From Psychrobacter cryohalolentis K5 (lineage in GTDB: Bacteria > Pseudomonadota > Gammaproteobacteria > Pseudomonadales > Moraxellaceae), in NCBI RefSeq assembly GCF_000013905.1, contig NC_007969.1, positions 2,370,001-2,402,000 on the forward strand: 32,000 nt of DNA. The letters are read 5' to 3'. The translations under genes and the position numbers were made by a program. Below, one piece after another: positions 28,140 through 32,000 of this stretch (the first letter of the stretch is position 1; each line of letters opens with the position of its first letter). The notes below the pieces were generated by a model, which worked only from the letters and a program-made list of their open reading frames with translations, was not told the origin of the DNA and ran no database searches.

Positions 28140-29197
28140 GGCGCTTTTGCCAATCTTAGTAAGCAAGCTTGTGCAAAGCTGTCGCCCTCGCCCGTCATTA
28201 CCGCAGAGGAAAATTCAGACGGTGCCTCATTTGGTAAGCACATATTAAACGGCACACCCAATTGCCCTAATATGAGCGTGCCATGAGCCAGTTGTGCCAG
28301 CTTCTGTTCATGATTAGCCGCTGGCATATCGGCATAATCCAAGGTTTGCTCGTGACCAACAGGATCGGCAAAATGCTTGGTAAGCATACCCTGACCGCGT
28401 GCCACATGTCCCCAAGAAACCCGTGCCAGTGACTCTCCTTCGATATAGACATCTAGCCGCTCAAAGTCATCTTGACCTTGCCGATATTGCCCGCCTGTTG
28501 GTAAATCCTCCTGACTGGCAACTGCATACTGCGCTTGCCAATCAAATACTTCAGGTTTTGGATAGACCCAAGCAGTACGGGCAAAATAAACGTAAGACCA
28601 CGCCCGCATAATGCCCAAAGGGTAAACCGTTTTTATTTTCAACCGTGGTAATTCAAACTGCCCACGATTCTGGGTCGGTACAGGCAAGCGAATAATTTGC
28701 TCGTTTTGCAGTCGTGTCACCAGTATTGACTGTTTATTATCAGCGCTATGTTTAATTTTTTTGCTGATGTTTTTATCTTTCTTGCTATTAGCCTTGTCAT
28801 CAGTCTGCTCAAAGCTAAATAACAACTGCCGTCTTGGTTGACGGCTCTCACTGCGCAGCTGCAAAGTCACCCAAACAGGTGCACCTGCTTCTGCCATAGT
28901 CACCTCAAGCAAACGTACTTGCAAACCTGAAATGTGCGCAAAGGTTACATGAAAGCTGATCAGCCAGACGCTGACCAAATAAAAACATAAACCTAATACC
29001 AAGTTATTGCCATAGTTAATACCGGCAATAAAAGTAATGATCAGCAGCACCGCAAATAGCATGCCTTCCCGGCTAAAAAAAATATAGACATTACGCAAAT
29101 TGAGTTTGGGGCTGTCACTTTTGGGCGCACGCGAGGCGAACCAACGGCTTAATGCTGAAGTGGCTGGTACGGTGAAAGCTTTTGGCAAAAGGCTCAT
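28136..29197 (-). CDS. DUF58 domain-containing protein (MoxR-associated, vWA-like)
   Basis: N-terminal two-TM hairpin (MLFAVLLIITFIAGINYGNNLVLGLCFYLVSVWLISF), then a DUF58-type region (DDFERLDVYIEGESLARVSWGHVAR). Sits between MoxR and TgpA, as in known operons. Confidence 0.75.
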   Translation of the reverse strand: MSLLPKAFTVPATSALSRWFASRAPKSDSPKLNLRNVYIFFSREGMLFAVLLIITFIAGINYGNNLVLGLCFYLVSVWLISFHVTFAHISGLQVRLLEVTMAEAGAPVWVTLQLRSESRQPRRQLLFSFEQTDDKANSKKDKNISKKIKHSADNKQSILVTRLQNEQIIRLPVPTQNRGQFELPRLKIKTVYPLGIMRAWSYVYFARTAWVYPKPEVFDWQAQYAVASQEDLPTGGQYRQGQDDFERLDVYIEGESLARVSWGHVARGQGMLTKHFADPVGHEQTLDYADMPAANHEQKLAQLAHGTLILGQLGVPFNMCLPNEAPSEFSSAVMTGEGDSFAQACLLRLAKAP

Positions 29198-29339
29198 GGC
29201 TACCCTATCATTACCATAAAATTGACAATATCATTGATATTCAGAGAAAGCGTTCGATACCAATATGTTGAATAATTACTTAGAGAATCACCTTCAGTGT
29301 TAAATGATTTTAGATGAGCATTTATCGAATCATAAACAT

Positions 29340-30347
29340 TTAAACAATAACTGCTACTTCTGCCAAAATACGTTGAGAAATGGTCGGGGTAGCTTGCCCG
29401 CCAGTGACATGGGCTGGCACAAAACGCTGACCCAAACGATGGTCAGTGACTGCAGCAAATACCGCTTGAATATCTTCAGGCGTGACCTCCATATGTCCTG
29501 ATACATAGGCGTAAGCCTGCGCGGCGCGCTGTAGCGACAATAAACCGCGCGGCGACAGCCCATGATACTCTTGGCTTGCTCGCGTCTTTGCGACCAGACG
29601 CTGAAGATAATCCAAGACCACATCTGCGATGTATACCTGCTTAACCCCTTGCTGCGCCAATAACACCGCTTCCGTATCAAGCACCGCACCCAAACTTTTT
29701 AAAAGCTCGCGGCGATCTTGACCTTTTAACAATGCCCGCTCTGCTGCAGCTGATGGATAACCAAGCGATAAGCACAATAAGAATCGATCCAGCTGCGATT
29801 CAGGAAGTGGGTAAACACCTGCTTGCTGCAAAGGGTTTTGAGTGGCTATCACAAAAAATGGCTTGGGTAAGGGATAACTTTGCCCATCTTGTGTCACTTG
29901 CCGCTCCTCCATCGCTTCAAGTAAGGCGCTCTGGGTCTTGGGGCTTGAGCGATTGATCTCATCAGCGAGCAGCAGCTTAGTAAAGATAGGACCTGCTCGA
30001 AACTCAAATTGGCGCTTATTTTGATCGTAGATACTCATGCCCAATATATCGGCAGGCAGCATATCATTGGTGAACTGCACACGGCTAAAGCTCAAGCCTA
30101 ATAATTGGGCTAAACCTTGTGCCAAGGTCGTCTTACCCATACCCGGCAAGTCTTGTAGCAATAAATGACCACCTGCTAAAATACCACTAAGCGCAAGCTT
30201 AACTACTTGCGATTTATCCAATACGATTTGATTCAATTGCGCCATTAACTGAGCAATTTTTTGCTGATTATGGCTATAATCAGCAGCACTAGGCACCGTT
30301 TGAGGACGCGTTTCTGATATCAGCTGATGTTTCGATGAAAGGGGCAT
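29340..30347 (-). CDS. MoxR-family AAA+ ATPase
   Basis: Walker A DLPGMGKT, Walker B LLADEINR, FVIATQNP and SPRG. Characteristic MoxR layout. Confidence 0.9.
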   Translation of the reverse strand: MPLSSKHQLISETRPQTVPSAADYSHNQQKIAQLMAQLNQIVLDKSQVVKLALSGILAGGHLLLQDLPGMGKTTLAQGLAQLLGLSFSRVQFTNDMLPADILGMSIYDQNKRQFEFRAGPIFTKLLLADEINRSSPKTQSALLEAMEERQVTQDGQSYPLPKPFFVIATQNPLQQAGVYPLPESQLDRFLLCLSLGYPSAAAERALLKGQDRRELLKSLGAVLDTEAVLLAQQGVKQVYIADVVLDYLQRLVAKTRASQEYHGLSPRGLLSLQRAAQAYAYVSGHMEVTPEDIQAVFAAVTDHRLGQRFVPAHVTGGQATPTISQRILAEVAVIV

Positions 30348-30412
30348 ATTAGGGGCTGCGTTAAGGCGATTATGGGTTTAATTTGTGAGGAAAAAAAGGT
30401 ATCAGGTAAGGG

Positions 30413-30868
30413 TTATTTATCATTTTCAACACTTGGGGCAGCTGCGCGAAGGGTAGACAAGTAAGCGATCACATCAGCGCGCTCTTTAGAATCTGGCATC
30501 GGGTCTGACAGCATTTTAGAATCTGGCATGGCTTTTTCAGCATCCGCAATATAAGTATCAAGCGTTTGAGCATCCCATACCCAACCCGAGGCTTTAAGTC
30601 CTTCACTATAAGTATAATCTGCAAGTTCCGCTGCCGGCGCGCCATAAATATTCATCAGCTGCGGGCCTTTTTTATTGAGACCGGGGTTTAACTGATGACA
30701 CTGACCACAAGCATCTTGATATATGAGTGCACCATTATCGGCATCGCCTTCAATATAAAGCGGTAGCGTAACAGTAGCACGGTAATCAGGCGGCGTTTTC
30801 TCACAAGCACTTAGCAGCAAAGCGGCGACAAGCATACCGACCAGTTGATATTTATTGACTATAGACAT
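30413..30868 (-). CDS. c-type cytochrome lipoprotein (class I, cytochrome c2/mitochondrial-like)
   Basis: Lipobox LLSAC, haem motif CGQCH, and a distal Met region PDSKM...ERADVIAYL that resembles the GTKM...ER.DLIAYL region of cytochrome c2. Confidence 0.8.
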   Translation of the reverse strand: MSIVNKYQLVGMLVAALLLSACEKTPPDYRATVTLPLYIEGDADNGALIYQDACGQCHQLNPGLNKKGPQLMNIYGAPAAELADYTYSEGLKASGWVWDAQTLDTYIADAEKAMPDSKMLSDPMPDSKERADVIAYLSTLRAAAPSVENDK

Positions 30869-31010
30869 GGTGTCATCTTTAATTAATAGGTATTGATGTC
30901 GATGAGTCTACATCAAACATCCTATAATGCAAAGGTTGATAGACATCGATAGCCGTCTGTAGACCATAAATACAGAGATCTATATAGTATTTATGAATAT
31001 AAAATAAGAC

Positions 31011-32000
31011 CTAACTCTCATTAGAGACTTTGATACTGTTACTCGGCATTTCTAAATAATTGCCTTGTAGGTAGCGTGCGCCGACACTCCATGCAACAGA
31101 CATGGTTGCAGCATCTTCAATATAAGGCATCAATACATCAACATTAATCTCATTGGTACGTACGATAATTGATTTGACCGTTTCTAAATTGTCAGCGGCA
31201 TCAATCCCTTCGACATAATTATGGGCTAAACGCACCATATTAGGATGAACAAAATTGGCAAGCTCCACAGATTTTATGGATGAGCCAAAATTATTGATGC
31301 TAAGCTTGCAGTTTACCTGACTGAGCGCGGTGAATTGAGATTTCGCTACTGTTAAGTAATCTGAGATGTCTTTTTCATTGAACTGCAGTGTCAACGCCCC
31401 AGCTTTACCACCGATGGCATTGATGAGCTGGCTTGCAACACTGGGCAGTTTTTTATCGATTAAGGACGCACTGGTTAGCTGTACCAGTAACCGCGCCTCT
31501 GGATGAGTTTTACGCACTTCATTGATTCTCTTACAGGCATTAATTAATACCCAGCGGTCTATTTTTTCTAATAATTGATGAGATTTTGCAACCGCCATAA
31601 ACTGTTCTGGCGTCAATACGGTATTCTCAGCATCTGCTAGCGGCAGCCGCAGGAATACTTCAAAGAAGTCACTACGGTCATTATTGATGTCATATATGGG
31701 CTGGAACAATAACTCAAAGCGATTATTGGTAATGGCATCAACCAGAGATTCTGCTAGCGCATGATCGTCACTATTGGCATGTTCACTTGCATCATATAAA
31801 TGATAGCGGCCGCCATGATTGGAGGTCTCAATCATGATTTGATTGATAGCATCCATAGCGCGCTCAAGCAACACTCTAGGCTCAGGCGTATTTTTTTCAA
31901 TTTTAACAATAGCAGTACTTGCTGTCGTATTGGTTGTGCGCTTATCCACTTCAATAAGCATCTTACTGATACTCATGCCAATCTGTTCAGCCAGCTTTTC
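31011..32000 (-). CDS. EAL-domain protein with degenerate catalytic motifs; 5' end may lie beyond the right window edge
   Basis: EAL-fold landmarks are FELLFQPIYD, FEVFLRL (at the EALxR position), DRWVL, LSINNFGS (DDFGTG position) and LQGNYL (QGY). The frame stays open upstream of the Met at 31976 to nt 32000. Confidence 0.75.
   Translation of the reverse strand, partial: EKLAEQIGMSISKMLIEVDKRTTNTTASTAIVKIEKNTPEPRVLLERAMDAINQIMIETSNHGGRYHLYDASEHANSDDHALAESLVDAITNNRFELLFQPIYDINNDRSDFFEVFLRLPLADAENTVLTPEQFMAVAKSHQLLEKIDRWVLINACKRINEVRKTHPEARLLVQLTSASLIDKKLPSVASQLINAIGGKAGALTLQFNEKDISDYLTVAKSQFTALSQVNCKLSINNFGSSIKSVELANFVHPNMVRLAHNYVEGIDAADNLETVKSIIVRTNEINVDVLMPYIEDAATMSVAWSVGARYLQGNYLEMPSNSIKVSNES

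Noticed and set aside
29304-29501. 65-aa plus-strand ORF bridging the MoxR-DUF58 spacer and the MoxR 3' end.
   Set aside because: It is mostly antisense to the well-supported MoxR gene, with no RBS and no motifs. The 142-nt spacer contains only a 6-bp AATATC/GATATT hairpin.

Overview
This window reads as ordinary chromosome from an AT-rich gammaproteobacterium. Protein sequences and gene content look Moraxellaceae/Psychrobacter-like, but that is inference only. It is dominated by nitrogen and amino-acid catabolism.

Gene order, left to right:
- The 3' end of an NCS1 permease, followed by allantoin-degradation genes (puuE, allA, ureidoglycine aminohydrolase).
- A compact trpR-trpE-trpG unit with TrpR-type half-sites over its own promoter.
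- An EamA/DMT transporter.
- A three-gene polar amino-acid (cystine-type) ABC importer on the minus strand.
- A complete histidine-utilisation locus: hutC divergent from hutU, a GATE-domain membrane protein, hutH, hutG and hutI. A perfect TGTA-N2-TACA palindrome lies over the hutU promoter.
- Convergent gdhA.
- About 0.9 kb of AT-rich DNA with no convincing gene.
- A GNAT acetyltransferase, then a 14-bp tandem-repeat array, then a DsbA/FrnE-like oxidoreductase and a DUF2164 protein.
- Class III alcohol dehydrogenase (adhC/frmA) divergent from a LysR regulator.
- A DUF302 lipoprotein.
- A minus-strand block: EAL protein (partial, degenerate), cytochrome c, MoxR ATPase, DUF58, TgpA-like transglutaminase, DUF4031.

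I found no rRNA, tRNA, CRISPR array, transposase, integrase, phage gene or recognisable defence gene. I do not see a clear new multi-gene system.

The best leads are:
1. The uncharacterised GATE-domain membrane protein embedded in the hut operon.
2. The 14-bp tandem array in a divergent promoter region.
3. The 0.9 kb apparently non-coding gap next to gdhA.
4. A shared palindromic box in front of two allantoin genes.
5. The MoxR-DUF58-TgpA-DUF4031 block.
6. A catalytically degenerate EAL protein.

All family assignments come from reading motifs by eye. No database search was possible.
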